Shown: piece by piece, positions 18,157 to 29,909 of the stretch
How positions within the stretch are numbered: the first letter of the stretch is position 1
How the letters are laid out: each line of letters starts with the position of its first letter
DNA from: an uncultured virus (IMG/VR IMGVR_UViG_3300028833_000149)
Lineage: Duplodnaviria; Heunggongvirae; Uroviricota; Caudoviricetes
Reading direction: 5' to 3' (one strand)
Length of the DNA: 64,000 nucleotides
IMG/VR virus record: IMGVR_UViG_3300028833_000149
Location: 1-64,000 of that record
Notes under the pieces: model-generated
Databases searched by the model: none
Told to the model about the DNA's origin: nothing
The model's input: the letters and a program-made list of their open reading frames with translations, nothing else
Translations under genes and position numbers: made by a program

Positions 18157-19480
18157 AGTAACTACTAAAAAACCTGACCTAGACAAACTTGATGACACAC
18201 AAAGATTACCAGTAGAAGATGTAGTAAATGAAGATGCAAAAAATATTTTAATTCGAGCATCTGCTGGGTCAGGAAAAACTTTAACACTTACTATGGCTAT
18301 TGGAAATTATAGATATGAATATATAAATGACTCTATTGTAGCAATTACATTCACTCGTGCAGCAAAAGCTGAAATGGAAAATCGTTTACGCTCAATGGGA
18401 ATTTATGATGTTGATGTAGCAACTATTCACTCTTGGGCAAAAACAAGATTAGATAAGTTTGCGAAACAATATAATATTGAATTAGCAATAATACAAGAGC
18501 CTGAAATTAAGAAAATTCTAAAAGAAAAAATAATTCCTGAATATTTAAAAACTCATAAATCAATTAGAACAATTAATGTTGAAATTCTTCATAGTTTTAT
18601 TGCGGGAGCAAAGAATATGGATGTAAGCGATAATTATAAGAAGACTCTTATGGCTCTTGAAGAAAGATATAAAGCTTACAAAAAAGAAAATGGGTTATAT
18701 GATTTTGGAGATTATCCTAAATATTTACTTGATATAATGCTACAATATGATGAGTATATTTATGATATTGATGCATTATTTGTAGATGAATTCCAAGATG
18801 TAGACCCAGACCAATTTGATGTATTTACAAGAGTAGATACAAAGAAAAAATTTTATATTGGTGATTCTAAACAATCTATCTATCAATTTCGTTCCGCAGA
18901 TGGAAAAGCATTTGATAAATTAGAAGATTTTAAAGAATATAATTTACAATATAATTATCGTAGTTATCAAGTTATAATTGATTTTGCTACTGAATTTTAT
19001 ATAAATATAAGAGAAGCAGTAGAGTATGGTGATGAAGTAAATATTACAAACTTTGTTCCTACTGGAGAAAATAATGGACTTGTAACTTGTAGTAGAGGAA
19101 AAGGCGGCGAAATTTACGTAATAACCGAAGATTTATGGGGCGGTTACTTTTCATGTGATAAATACACAGAAGATTCCTCTTGTTTAGTTGAACCAAGTCA
19201 GGCTTTTAAATATTTTATGAGTTTAAAACCAATAATATTATGTAGAACGAATAAACAAGTTCGTGAATTATGTGCAAGCGGACTTAATGCAACTACAATA
19301 CATCAAGCTAAAGGGCTAGAATATAAAAATGTATTAGTAGTAGATTTTAATATAGGAACAGAAGAAGATTTAAATATTGCTTATGTTGGATTGACAAGAG
19401 CAGAAGATAAATTAATGATTATACAATATAAAAGTTTATTAGAATTATTGCAAATAAATTATAAAAAATCATTATTATAA
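18140..19480 (+). CDS. UvrD/Rep-family (SF1) helicase, compact
   Basis: ASAGSGKT, TFT, VDEFQD, GD.KQSIYQFR, NYRS, TIHQAKGLE, YVGLTRA. Confidence 0.92.
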   Translation: MADLTRVTTKKPDLDKLDDTQRLPVEDVVNEDAKNILIRASAGSGKTLTLTMAIGNYRYEYINDSIVAITFTRAAKAEMENRLRSMGIYDVDVATIHSWAKTRLDKFAKQYNIELAIIQEPEIKKILKEKIIPEYLKTHKSIRTINVEILHSFIAGAKNMDVSDNYKKTLMALEERYKAYKKENGLYDFGDYPKYLLDIMLQYDEYIYDIDALFVDEFQDVDPDQFDVFTRVDTKKKFYIGDSKQSIYQFRSADGKAFDKLEDFKEYNLQYNYRSYQVIIDFATEFYINIREAVEYGDEVNITNFVPTGENNGLVTCSRGKGGEIYVITEDLWGGYFSCDKYTEDSSCLVEPSQAFKYFMSLKPIILCRTNKQVRELCASGLNATTIHQAKGLEYKNVLVVDFNIGTEEDLNIAYVGLTRAEDKLMIIQYKSLLELLQINYKKSLL

Positions 19481-19492
19481 GAGGTGATGTCT

Positions 19493-19813
19493 ATGGACTT
19501 AACACATACTTACCATGACATAAATAAGCCTTTATTACATTATAAACGAAAAGTATGATATAATGATAGTAAAGGAATAAATAAATTAAGTGAATTAGCA
19601 GAAATTCTTGGATTAGAGTCTTTAATAGTTTGTGGCGAAAAAGACGATGAAAGTGATATTGCTATTATAAGAACAAATAATGCTGGTGATGGTTTAATAT
19701 TAGAGAATTGTCATCTTGAGTTAGAAATAAAAGAAGTTTATGAAAGTATGGTTTTTAAAGATAATGAAGGACATAAGACTTCTTTTAGACGAGGTGAAAA
19801 AAATGTCATATAG
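19493..19813 (+). CDS. Hypothetical protein (code 4)
   Basis: GAGGTG RBS; open with 1 TGA. Confidence 0.65.
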
Positions 19814-22280
19814 TAATAATTGAAAAATAAGTGGCGTTGCTGGTTTAACTTCTTTAAAAAATTGTTATAAAAGTAATGGTGATCCAATTTTACAGCGTGT
19901 TGGATGTCCACGTCAAAACACATCTCATACAATGATTGATACTCCTGAACATATAATAACAGATGATGGTCCAATAAAGAGTCATACAGATTTTAGATAT
20001 TATGTAATTCCAAATTATCAAATCAATAATAAAAATATTGGAGCTTATGGACATACAAATTTAAATAAACAGCAAACAGATGCGAATTATATTTATGGTA
20101 GAGATGTTAAGTATAAGGATTCTGATCATGAGTATGATAGTGCAATAAAATGAAATTATGATTATATTCCATTAGTTATGTTTGATAATTTAACTCAAAT
20201 GAATGATAGCGATGTAAGTGTTGCACAAAACAACGCTAATGGCGCAATAAGAATGACAGTTAATAACGAAACACTTCTATGTTTAATACCTAGTACTTTC
20301 TATTCACTTTACAAAATTGAAGAACAATTAACAATAACAAGTAGCGATATTCATGTTTCAACCCAATTATATACTCCTTTTACAACAAATTATAGTTCAA
20401 CTTATGATTATTGTTTAGGTTATAATACAACATATGGCACATTATCTAAAGAGAGTTTTAGTTTTACTAGGTATTGTGATATTGGTTTTTTTGTAAAATA
20501 TGAATATATTTTCAAAACAGATTTGCCTCAATTAAGTTATAATTTATATTATGGTAATAATATAGATACTTCTACTTGAAAAAATAATTTATTTAGTTGA
20601 AATAATAAAAAATCTGTTTACAGTATTGGTCGAGGTGATAATAGTACATATACATCAGAATTAAACTTTAAATGAGGTGGTAATTTCTGAAATAATGGTC
20701 AGTGAACTACTAGAAATGATGGTTTTGAATATATGCCCCACTGAGATAACGGTATGAAAAACTTTTTATACTTATACGAAGGAAGCGGAACAGAAAGTGA
20801 TATAGTAAGAATAAAACACAGTTGAAATGGTCGTGGATATAGTAAAAACTGGAGATATCTTGAACCAGGTACTAACAATTATTTTGCTCATGGCTTCATT
20901 GTAACTCAAGATATTTTTATTATTGCTCCATCATATAAATGATTATTTTCAGCACCAGATGAAATATATAAATATAATGGTACAAGCTTTAATGAAATAG
21001 GTGAAATAAATGGAGCTTCAGTTAAAGAAACAAAAATTTTAGAAGCTAGACAATTTAATTATAGTGGTAGTCAGACAAGTGTAAAAAATCCTTCAACGTA
21101 CACTTATACCGTAGCTTCTCTTGGTGGTTATGCTGATAGAATTCGTACTACTTATTATGAAGAAAATATTGCAAATAACTATTTCGCTTTTAATTATGGA
21201 ACAAAAGGTTTTGAGAAGAGTTCATATATCAATGAATCTGTACCTATTGCAACTGGTTTTTATGATTATAGTAGTGTTTTAGATATTCCTTTTCCTTATG
21301 ATAATACATCAAATTCTAGTATATTAGATATAAAAATATCTGATTTTATTCAATCTTCTACTTTATATACAAAATCAAAAGACAATTCAAATAAATGATT
21401 AAAATGGAGTGGAACACCTTTTTGTGGTTTTTATGATGAATATAATAAATATAGGTATGGTGTTGCATACCCTAGTAGTACTAACACAGGTTTATTATAT
21501 ATAAATTTTTATAATCATCATTTAATGTTAGATCCATCAATTCATTTAGCCGCAAAATCTAGTAAACGCAATCGTTTTGCTTGAGTTGCTTTTATGACAG
21601 AACCTATCTGACTTGAATATGCTAACGGTGCTGGTCAATATGCATTAAGACATAAATTTAATAATTTAGATGCAGAACAACCATTAGTAGTTGATATAGC
21701 CATTGATTTTAATGGAGATATTAGAACTGTACGTGTTGATTTTAGTAAAAGCTATTACAATATTCAAAGAGATATACAAGAAAGAGCTTTACCTAATGGA
21801 GAAATGATATACGTAGGCTTAAATTATATAAATGTAAAAAATTCTTCTGGTAATTTTATTGGTTTTGAAACAGGATATGCTTCAATAGCTGGAATTAATT
21901 GATGACATTCTCCTATAAGCATAGAGTCTGGACAATATCTTTATGAGCCATATTATAACATAGAAGTAGATGATGGACCTTATACAAATGCTTATAAAAT
22001 AAGTGGAAATGCTACTAAAATTAAATGTACAATTACAAGAGAAAGTGGAGAAGTAATAAGTATCAAAAAAGATTTAACTATTACTCCATCTGATCCAGTT
22101 GTAGTATTAGATGCTTATAGTGAACATGTTGGAAGCTATTATTACAGTTATACAGTATTCTGTTTTGTTGATACAGCAAATAATCAATTGTGAATTTATG
22201 GTCGTGAAGATGACTCAGATGGACCTAGTGATTGAGAGACTGAATTTACAGTTCAATTTTCAGACTTACAAATTATCTAA
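19803..22280 (+). CDS. 825-aa Tyr/Asn/Ser-rich beta protein, putative virion/receptor-binding protein (code 4)
   Basis: Single frame free of TAA/TAG, about 17 TGA; terminator follows. Confidence 0.75.
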
Positions 22281-22286
22281 TAAAAT

Positions 22287-22310
22287 AAGACTCATATTGA
22301 GTCTTTTTAT
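22287..22310 (+). terminator. Intrinsic terminator
   Basis: AAGACTCA-TAT-TGAGTCTT + T-run. Confidence 0.75.
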
Positions 22311-22336
22311 TTTATACAAAAAAATCTCAAAAAAAT

Positions 22337-22365
22337 TTGACAAAAGCAATAAAAATTATTATACT
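22337..22365 (+). promoter_or_regulatory. sigma70 promoter
   Basis: TTGACA-17-TATACT. Confidence 0.8.
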
Positions 22366-22406
22366 AATAATAGTAAAGAATTGACAAAAAGAAAGAAGGA
22401 ATAAGA

Positions 22407-22589
22407 ATGTTTATAGAATTTCACGACCCTAATCCAATAGTAATTAATGTAGATAATATACAAGGTTTTTGGTATGATGAAGAATTTGATTGCACTTGCA
22501 TTGCAATGGTAGACGATTATGAATTTAGAGTTACAGAGAGTTATCAAGAAGTAATAGATAAAATTACAAAAGCATTAAGTTATAGATAA
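22407..22589 (+). CDS. Small protein, FlbD/SwrD-like pattern
   Basis: IN.DNI....T.I......V.ES..EVIDKI pattern. Confidence 0.5.
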   Translation: MFIEFHDPNPIVINVDNIQGFWYDEEFDCTCIAMVDDYEFRVTESYQEVIDKITKALSYR

Positions 22590-22603
22590 GAAAGGAAATA
22601 ATA

Positions 22604-23722
22604 ATGAGAACAATAGAAGACTTTGCGATGATGGAGCCTATGCGTTATTATGATAACCCAGAGCCAACTACGCCATCAGCAATACAAAAACGTCAAGATA
22701 TGATAGATAATAAAGATAATAAATATATTGCTACTGAAAAACATGATGGTGATTGGGGAATGTTTATTCATTACTCAAAAGGCAACAATTTAATCCGCAG
22801 CCGTAGTATTAGTAAGGTTACAGGTAAATATGGAGATTTAACTGCTAAACTACCACATCTTGCGGCAGAAATGGATGAATGGCCAGATAATAGTGTTGTG
22901 TTAGCGGAAATTTGTTGGGAACAATATGGAACTAACGCTAATACAGTAGGAACAATATTAAGATGTTTACCACCAAAGGCAGTAGAAAGACAAAAAGAAA
23001 ATAAATTATATGGTTTAGTGTTTGATATATTAATGTGGGACAATAAGGATTTAACCGATTGGCCTTATCACGATAGACTATATTATACTGATAACTTTCA
23101 CGTAGAAAGAGGATACCCCGCTCATTATTTTAAACCAACTGACATCTTTTGGGAAAACTTTGCCGAAGAGGCAGACAGAATTATATCAGCAGGTGGAGAA
23201 GGATTAGTTATTCAATTAAAGAGTAATAAGTATGCGCCAGGTACTAGAACTGCTTGGAATACATTAAAAATGAAGCAAAGTTTGCCGCATATGGATTTAA
23301 AAGTGGTATCAACAATAGAGCCTAATAAATTATATGATGGAGATTTACCTGAAACTTGGCCTTATCTTGAAGTTACATTGAGTTGTATTGATAGTAATGG
23401 TTGGTATGATAAAAAAGTGTTAGCAAATAGAAATGATTATGACCCAAGTGACGACCATTTATGTAAACATGTAGATTTGGTTACTAAGCCATATTATATG
23501 GGTTGGAAGAATGGTGTAAATGTAGATTTTAATGGTGTAACTGTTTCTGTCACTTCTGGTTTAACAGATGAAGATAGAGAATGGCTCGCAACAGAGCAAG
23601 CGGCGCAAATGATTGCTAATGGAGAACTTTTTGCTGAGATTAAAGCAATGAGCGTTAATAGTCAAAATAGTTTGAGACACCCTTGTTTAGTGCGTTTAAG
23701 AAATGATGTATTTAAGGATTAG
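22604..23722 (+). CDS. ATP-dependent DNA ligase
   Basis: EKHDG (KxDG), FDIL, EGLV, LKMK, SLRHP.LVRLR.D. Confidence 0.88.
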   Translation: MRTIEDFAMMEPMRYYDNPEPTTPSAIQKRQDMIDNKDNKYIATEKHDGDWGMFIHYSKGNNLIRSRSISKVTGKYGDLTAKLPHLAAEMDEWPDNSVVLAEICWEQYGTNANTVGTILRCLPPKAVERQKENKLYGLVFDILMWDNKDLTDWPYHDRLYYTDNFHVERGYPAHYFKPTDIFWENFAEEADRIISAGGEGLVIQLKSNKYAPGTRTAWNTLKMKQSLPHMDLKVVSTIEPNKLYDGDLPETWPYLEVTLSCIDSNGWYDKKVLANRNDYDPSDDHLCKHVDLVTKPYYMGWKNGVNVDFNGVTVSVTSGLTDEDREWLATEQAAQMIANGELFAEIKAMSVNSQNSLRHPCLVRLRNDVFKD

Positions 23723-23802
23723 TATTCAAATTTGTTTTTTAAATAAAAACATATTATAATATTTCTAAAGCTGGATATTGAGAGCTTTTGGAGTTGATAA
23801 AT

Positions 23803-24027
23803 GTGTTAGTATTCAAAGGTGATTTTTCGACTCTTGTAAAAATGGGATATCATACAGATGCATATTGTACATATTTTTTCAAAACCGTTGAGAAATGAGG
23901 AGGAGTATTTATTAATACGAAAACTCGTGAAATATCAATAGAAGGCTGTAGTGATTCAAGTCCAAATATAATACAAGAATTAGAAAATTTAAAAGAATAT
24001 ATAGAAAAAAAGGAAGATGATAAATAA
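23803..24027 (+). CDS. Hypothetical protein (GTG start, code 4)
   Basis: GGAG RBS, 1 TGA, TAATG-coupled to next gene. Confidence 0.55.
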
Positions 24028-24494
24028 TGAAAAAGAATGATATTGTAAATCATCCATCACACTATACAGATGGAAAAATTGAAGTAATTGATTTTATTGA
24101 AGATAAGCAATTAGGTTTTTGTTTAGGAAATGCTGTAAAATATATTTCAAGAGCAGGTAAGAAATATAAAGATAAAGAGATTGAAGACCTAGAAAAAGCA
24201 ATTTGGTATATTAAACGCCGCATTAAAGAACTAAAAGATAATGAACAAAATTCGATAGATGAGTCAGAACAAGTTGACATCCATAGTTTAACAAATGAAG
24301 ATATAAATAAATTAAAACAAGAATACGATAAACAAATTGAAGAAGATAAGATATGGAATCCTTTCTATAAAACTCTTCATAATATAGACCCAACTTATAC
24401 TCGTGAAGAATTTGAAAAAGATTTAGAAAAAGCAAAAAAGTTTACTGAAACAGAAATGTCTACTCTAATGGATTTTTCAAAAATTTTAAAGTAA
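24027..24494 (+). CDS. DUF3310 / T7 gp1.7-like nucleotide kinase domain protein
   Basis: VNHPSHY, EVIDFI, GNAVKYISRAGKK, EDLEKAIWY. Confidence 0.85.
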   Translation: MKKNDIVNHPSHYTDGKIEVIDFIEDKQLGFCLGNAVKYISRAGKKYKDKEIEDLEKAIWYIKRRIKELKDNEQNSIDESEQVDIHSLTNEDINKLKQEYDKQIEEDKIWNPFYKTLHNIDPTYTREEFEKDLEKAKKFTETEMSTLMDFSKILK

Positions 24495-24504
24495 TTCGTA
24501 TTTT

Positions 24505-24525
24505 AACGGCGTTGAGCCGTTTTTT
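24505..24525 (+). terminator. Intrinsic terminator
   Basis: AACGGC-GTTGA-GCCGTT + T-run. Confidence 0.7.
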
Positions 24526-24592
24526 AAACTTGAGCAATGAATATGCAAACCATTCTAGCATATTTAACTCTTATACAGAAGGTGATTAAAGG

Positions 24593-27118
24593 ATGGGACA
24601 ACAAGTAAAAACAAAAAAGATTAGAAAAAGAAATGGCAGTGAACAAGCATTTGATATCAATAAGGTAAAAAATGCTATAAAGAAAGCTAACGACTCTGTT
24701 GAAGAAGAATACAGATTAAATGAGCCTACTTTTAACAGTGTCATTAATACATTGATAGGAATATTAAATAGATATTCTGTTATTGATGTAGAAACAGTGC
24801 AAGATTTTGTAGAAAAAACACTTATGAAATATAATTGTTATCATGTTGCAAAATCATATGTATTGTATCGAGAAGAAAGAAAGAAAAGCAAACTCTTAAA
24901 TGATGATGAGGAAAAAATTGTATCTATTTGTAATACAACAAACGAAGATGTAAGCGGCGATAATGCAAACAAAAGACCTACACAAAATAATACTATGCGT
25001 GACTATATTGCTGGTGTAGAGTGTAAATCAATTGCACGTAAAACTTTACCAAAGGATATTATTCAAGCGCATGATGCAGGTTTAATTCATTATCACGATA
25101 TGGATTATGCACCAGTACAACCAATGAGTAACTGTTGTTTAGTTAACACTTTTGATATGATAACAAATGGTTTTCAAATGGGTGATGCAAAAATTGAGCC
25201 ACCTCATACTTTCTCAACAGGAGAAAATTTAATGGCACAAACTGCATTACATATTAGTAGTACTCAATATGGTGGACAAACACACTCTGTTGCCGCATTA
25301 GCTCACTTAGTTGAAAAAACAAGACAAAAGGCAAGACAAAAATATCAAGGATACACAAGTTTATCTGAAGAAGATAGACAATTATTGGTAGAGCAAGATG
25401 TATATGAAGATATTAAAAAAGGCGTTCAAACTTTCCAATATCAAGTAATTACAATGAGTTCTGCAAATGGTCAAACTCCTTTTATTTCTCTTGTTTTAAA
25501 TTTAGCTGAAGCGATGACAGTAGAAGAAAGAAGAGATTTAGCCGCAATCATTGAAGAAGTATTAATTCAAAGAAAACAAGGTATTAAAAATAATCAAGGC
25601 AAATGGATTGGACCTTTATTTCCAAAACTATTGTACTTTATGTGTGATGGTTTAAATGTTGAACCAACTGACCCTTACTATTATTTAACTGAACTTTCAG
25701 CAGAATGCGAAGTAACTCGTATGCAACCTGATATTGTTAGTGAAAAGAAAAGCCGTGAAGCAAAAGAAGGATTAATGGTACCAAGTATGGGTTGTCGTAG
25801 TTTCTTAACTCCATATTGGAAGAAAATAACTTACACACAGCGTCGCGGCGAAAAAGGATTCATTCACGCAGAATTAAATAGTATTAAGACACTTGGTTTA
25901 AATGCAGAATTTTTAGATGAACCTGACAAAAACACTTTGTGTAAAAGTTTAAATCCACTTACTGCCGACGAGATATTAAATGCCGTAATAAATAAATATA
26001 AACCAACTATCGCCGCAACCGATGTTGATAATTATTATCATATACAATTACCTGAACATTTAGTTATTTATAATTATTTAGGTAATACTGGTTGGATAGA
26101 TGAATTTGTTTGGAATAATAAAGAAATTAATATTGTATGCCACGAACCAAAAACATATGGACGTTGGAATCAAGGTGTTGTTACAATTAATTTACCTTGG
26201 ATTGCATTAGAATCAATAGAACAAGAAAGAAATTTCTTTGATGTATTAAGAGAACGTTCTGAATTAGTAAGAAAAGCATTACAAACAAGACATCAAAGAT
26301 GCCGCGAAATTCGTGCAGAAAATGCGCCAGTGTTATGGATGTATGGAGCAATTTCTCGTTTACAACCAAAAGATGATTTAAGTAGTATGTTAGATGATGT
26401 AGATTATACAACAATTTCTTATGGTTATGTAGGATTATATGAAACTTGTATGGCTTTAATTGGAAAATCAAATACTACTGAAGAAGGACAAAAGTTATCT
26501 ATTTTAATATTAAATTTTATAAATGATTTATTAGCTAAGTGGAAAAAAGAAGATGGTATTCCTTATTCTATTTATGGAACTCCTGAAGAACAAACTACTG
26601 AAAAATTCGCAAAAGCATTAAAGAAAAGATTTATTGAATTTGGAGAAGTAAAAGGAGTAACAGACCACGATTACGTAACAAATAGCTACCACGTAAATCC
26701 TGCCGAAAAAATCAATGCTTTTGATAAACTACGTATTGAAGGTAAATTCTTACAATTAAGTAAGGGTGGTGCTGTTAGTTATGTTGAATGTTCTAATGAA
26801 TTAGATAGAAATTTAGCAGCTATCACAACATTATTTAAGTATATGTATGAAAATATATTATATAGTGAATTAAACTTCACAAATGAAGACTATTGTGATA
26901 ATTGCGGTTACTATGGCGAATTAATATTAGACAATACTTTAAATGGTAAATTCTTATTCCATTGTCCAAAATGCGGATGTCACGATGCTACAAAGCTACA
27001 TGCAAGACGTAGATTATGTGGTTATTTAGGCGAAGTTGCAAATGGTATTGGTCCAGATAGTCCTAATGCAAATCAAGGACGTTTAGCGGATATATTTGCA
27101 AGAGTAAAACATATTTAG
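24593..27118 (+). CDS. nrdD: Anaerobic ribonucleoside-triphosphate reductase (class III) with ATP-cone
   Basis: ATP-cone, NCCL, MGCRSFL, TNSYHV, CxxC..CxxC, RRLCGYL. Confidence 0.96.
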   Translation: MGQQVKTKKIRKRNGSEQAFDINKVKNAIKKANDSVEEEYRLNEPTFNSVINTLIGILNRYSVIDVETVQDFVEKTLMKYNCYHVAKSYVLYREERKKSKLLNDDEEKIVSICNTTNEDVSGDNANKRPTQNNTMRDYIAGVECKSIARKTLPKDIIQAHDAGLIHYHDMDYAPVQPMSNCCLVNTFDMITNGFQMGDAKIEPPHTFSTGENLMAQTALHISSTQYGGQTHSVAALAHLVEKTRQKARQKYQGYTSLSEEDRQLLVEQDVYEDIKKGVQTFQYQVITMSSANGQTPFISLVLNLAEAMTVEERRDLAAIIEEVLIQRKQGIKNNQGKWIGPLFPKLLYFMCDGLNVEPTDPYYYLTELSAECEVTRMQPDIVSEKKSREAKEGLMVPSMGCRSFLTPYWKKITYTQRRGEKGFIHAELNSIKTLGLNAEFLDEPDKNTLCKSLNPLTADEILNAVINKYKPTIAATDVDNYYHIQLPEHLVIYNYLGNTGWIDEFVWNNKEINIVCHEPKTYGRWNQGVVTINLPWIALESIEQERNFFDVLRERSELVRKALQTRHQRCREIRAENAPVLWMYGAISRLQPKDDLSSMLDDVDYTTISYGYVGLYETCMALIGKSNTTEEGQKLSILILNFINDLLAKWKKEDGIPYSIYGTPEEQTTEKFAKALKKRFIEFGEVKGVTDHDYVTNSYHVNPAEKINAFDKLRIEGKFLQLSKGGAVSYVECSNELDRNLAAITTLFKYMYENILYSELNFTNEDYCDNCGYYGELILDNTLNGKFLFHCPKCGCHDATKLHARRRLCGYLGEVANGIGPDSPNANQGRLADIFARVKHI

Positions 27119-27134
27119 TAATGGAGGTATGGTT

Positions 27135-27635
27135 ATGAATTATATTAAAATTACTGAATGTGATACAATGAATGGTATAGGAGTAGGCATCGTGCTATGA
27201 GTTAGTGGATGCAGATGTAAATGTGAAGGTTGTTACAATCAAGAGTCTTGAGATTTTTGTGCAGGGCAACTTTTCACAAAAGAAACCGAAGAATATATAA
27301 TTAACTTATTAAAAGAAAAGCCTTATTATACAAGAATAACTCTTTCTGGTGGACATCCATTTGAGCCAGAGAATGAACAAGCTTGTGAAGAATTGTGCGG
27401 CAAAATCAAACAAGAATGCCCTAACGTAAAAATTTGGGCTTATAGTGGTTTTTATTGGGATAAAATTAAAAATAGTCCAATAATGAAATATGTCGATATT
27501 TTAGTCGATGGACCATTTATTGCCGCGCTATACAACGCAGACTTGAAATGGCGTGGAAGTTCTAATCAATCTGTTATTGATGTTCAAAAGACTATAAAAC
27601 AAAATGAGATTGTAATTGCGGAGGAGTTGATATAA
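27135..27635 (+). CDS. nrdG: NrdD activase, radical SAM (code 4)
   Basis: [45 protein letters not shown] at 27198, 27249. Confidence 0.94.
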
Positions 27636-27868
27636 TGAGTCAAAGAGTAGATAATTTAATAAATATGTTAGATGGATATGTCGGTGATGGTGGTTTTCAT
27701 CTTAATGTAAATGTTTTTAATAGAGATACTTTATTAGATGCACAAGCACATCCTGAAAAATATCCTCAATTAACAATAAGAGTTAGTGGTTATGCTGTAA
27801 ATTTCATAAAATTAACAAAAGAACAACAAGATGAAGTAATAAGTAGAACCATTCACGAATCTATGTAG
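27635..27868 (+). CDS. grcA: Autonomous glycyl-radical domain (PFL C-terminal domain / GrcA-like)
   Basis: [23 protein letters not shown]. Confidence 0.9.
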   Translation: MSQRVDNLINMLDGYVGDGGFHLNVNVFNRDTLLDAQAHPEKYPQLTIRVSGYAVNFIKLTKEQQDEVISRTIHESM

Positions 27869-27879
27869 GAGGTATTCTT

Positions 27880-29907
27880 ATGTGGAATAAAGAATGGGAA
27901 GGATTTATTGCGGGAAAATGAAGTAATGATGAAATAGATGTTAGAGATTTTATTCAATTAAACTATCAACCATATGAGGGTGACGCCGCCTTTTTGGAAG
28001 GTCCGACAGATGCAACACAAACTTTATGAAAACAAATTCGTGAATTGCAACAAAAGGAACTTAAAAATGGTGGAGTTCTTCATGCTGATACAGACATCAT
28101 TTCTACTATTGATAGCCATAATCCTGGCTACATAAATAAAGGATTAGAAAAAATCGTTGGTTTACAAACTGACCAACCTTTTAAACGAGCTTTAATGCCT
28201 TTTGGTGGTATTCGTATGGCTCGTCAAGCGTGTGAAATGTATGGATATGAAGTAAGTGACAGAGTTAATGATATTTTTAAATATCGTAAAACTCATAATG
28301 ACGGAGTGTTTGATGTTTACACAGATGAAATGAGAATGGCAAGAAAATCACATATCCTAACAGGTTTACCTGATACTTATGGTAGAGGTAGAATTGTTGG
28401 AGATTATAGAAGAATTGCGTTGTATGGTGTTGATTATCTTATTCAAAAAAAGAAAGAAGATATGAATTTATTGTGCGGCGAAATGACACCTGATAAGGTA
28501 AGAGATAGAGAAGAAGTCGCCGAACAAATTAAAGCACTTAAAGCGTTAAAAAATATGGCAGCTAAATATGGTTGTGATATATCTAGACCCGCTAAAAATG
28601 CACAAGAAGCAATTCAATGGTTGTATTTTGGTTATCTTGGTGCTGTAAAAGACCAAAATGGCGCCGCAATGAGTATTGGTCGTAATAGCACATTTTTAGA
28701 TATTTATATTGAAAGAGATTTAAAGAACAAAGCTTTAACAGAGCAAGCGGCGCAAGAATTAATTGATCACTTTATAATGAAGCTTCGTATAGTAAAATTT
28801 ATGCGTATTCAATCATATAACGAACTATTCTCAGGCGACCCTGTATGAGTAACTGAATCTATTGGTGGTATGGGTATTGATGGTAGAACATTAGTAACTA
28901 AAACATCTTTTAGAGTTTTACATACTCTTGATAATCTCGGTCCTGCCCCTGAACCAAATTTAACTGTTTTATGGGATAAAAATTTACCTAGACATTTTAA
29001 AGAATTCTGTGCAGACTTATCTATTAGAACAAGTGCAATACAATATGAATCTGATAAATTAATGAGAGAAAAAATGGGTGATGATTACTGTATTGCTTGT
29101 TGTGTATCTTCAATGAGAGTTGGTAAAGATATGCAATTCTTTGGTGCAAGAGCTAATTTAGCAAAATGTTTATTATATGCACTAAATGGCGGAAAAGATG
29201 AATTAATGAAAGATGAAAATGGTAAACATATACAAATCGGACCTAAATTAAGAACTATTGATTCAGATGAACCATTAAATTATCAAGAAGTTATAGAAAA
29301 ATATACTGATATGATGGAATGGTTAGCCGATTTATATGTTAATACATTAAATGTAATCCACTATATGCACGATAAATATTCTTATGAAGCATTAGAAATG
29401 GCATTACACGATACAAAAGTACATAGGTTCTTTGCAACAGGTATTGCAGGATTATCTTGTGCGGTTGATTCATTATCTGCAATTAAATATGCAATGGTTT
29501 ATCCAATTAGAGATACAGATGGAACAATAATTGATTTCTCTATTGCTGGTGATTATCCAAAATATGGCAATAATGATGATAGAGTTGATGAAATTGCCGT
29601 TTGGTTGGTTAAAACTTTTATGAATATGATAAAGAAACATCAAACTTATAGAGATAGCGAACCAACAATGTCTATCTTAACTATAACTTCTAATGTTGTG
29701 TATGGTAAAAAGACAGGTAATACGCCTGATGGTAGACGTGAGGGTGAACCTCTTGCTCCAGGTGCAAATCCAATGCATGGTAGAGATTCACACGGAGCGT
29801 TAGCTTCATTAAGTTCAGTAGCAAAAATACCTTATGATTATGCACGAGATGGTATTTCTAATACTTTCTCAACAACACCTCAGTCATTAGGTAAGGAGGA
29901 AGATTAA
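27880..29907 (+). CDS. pflB: Pyruvate formate-lyase catalytic barrel lacking glycyl-radical domain (code 4)
   Basis: [50 protein letters not shown] at 27919, 28027, 28846. Confidence 0.95.
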
Positions 29908-29909
29908 AA

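Noticed and set aside
25815..26150. Intein or intron in nrdD
   Set aside because: Frame is continuous; no Cys/Ser start with His-Asn end and no homing motif
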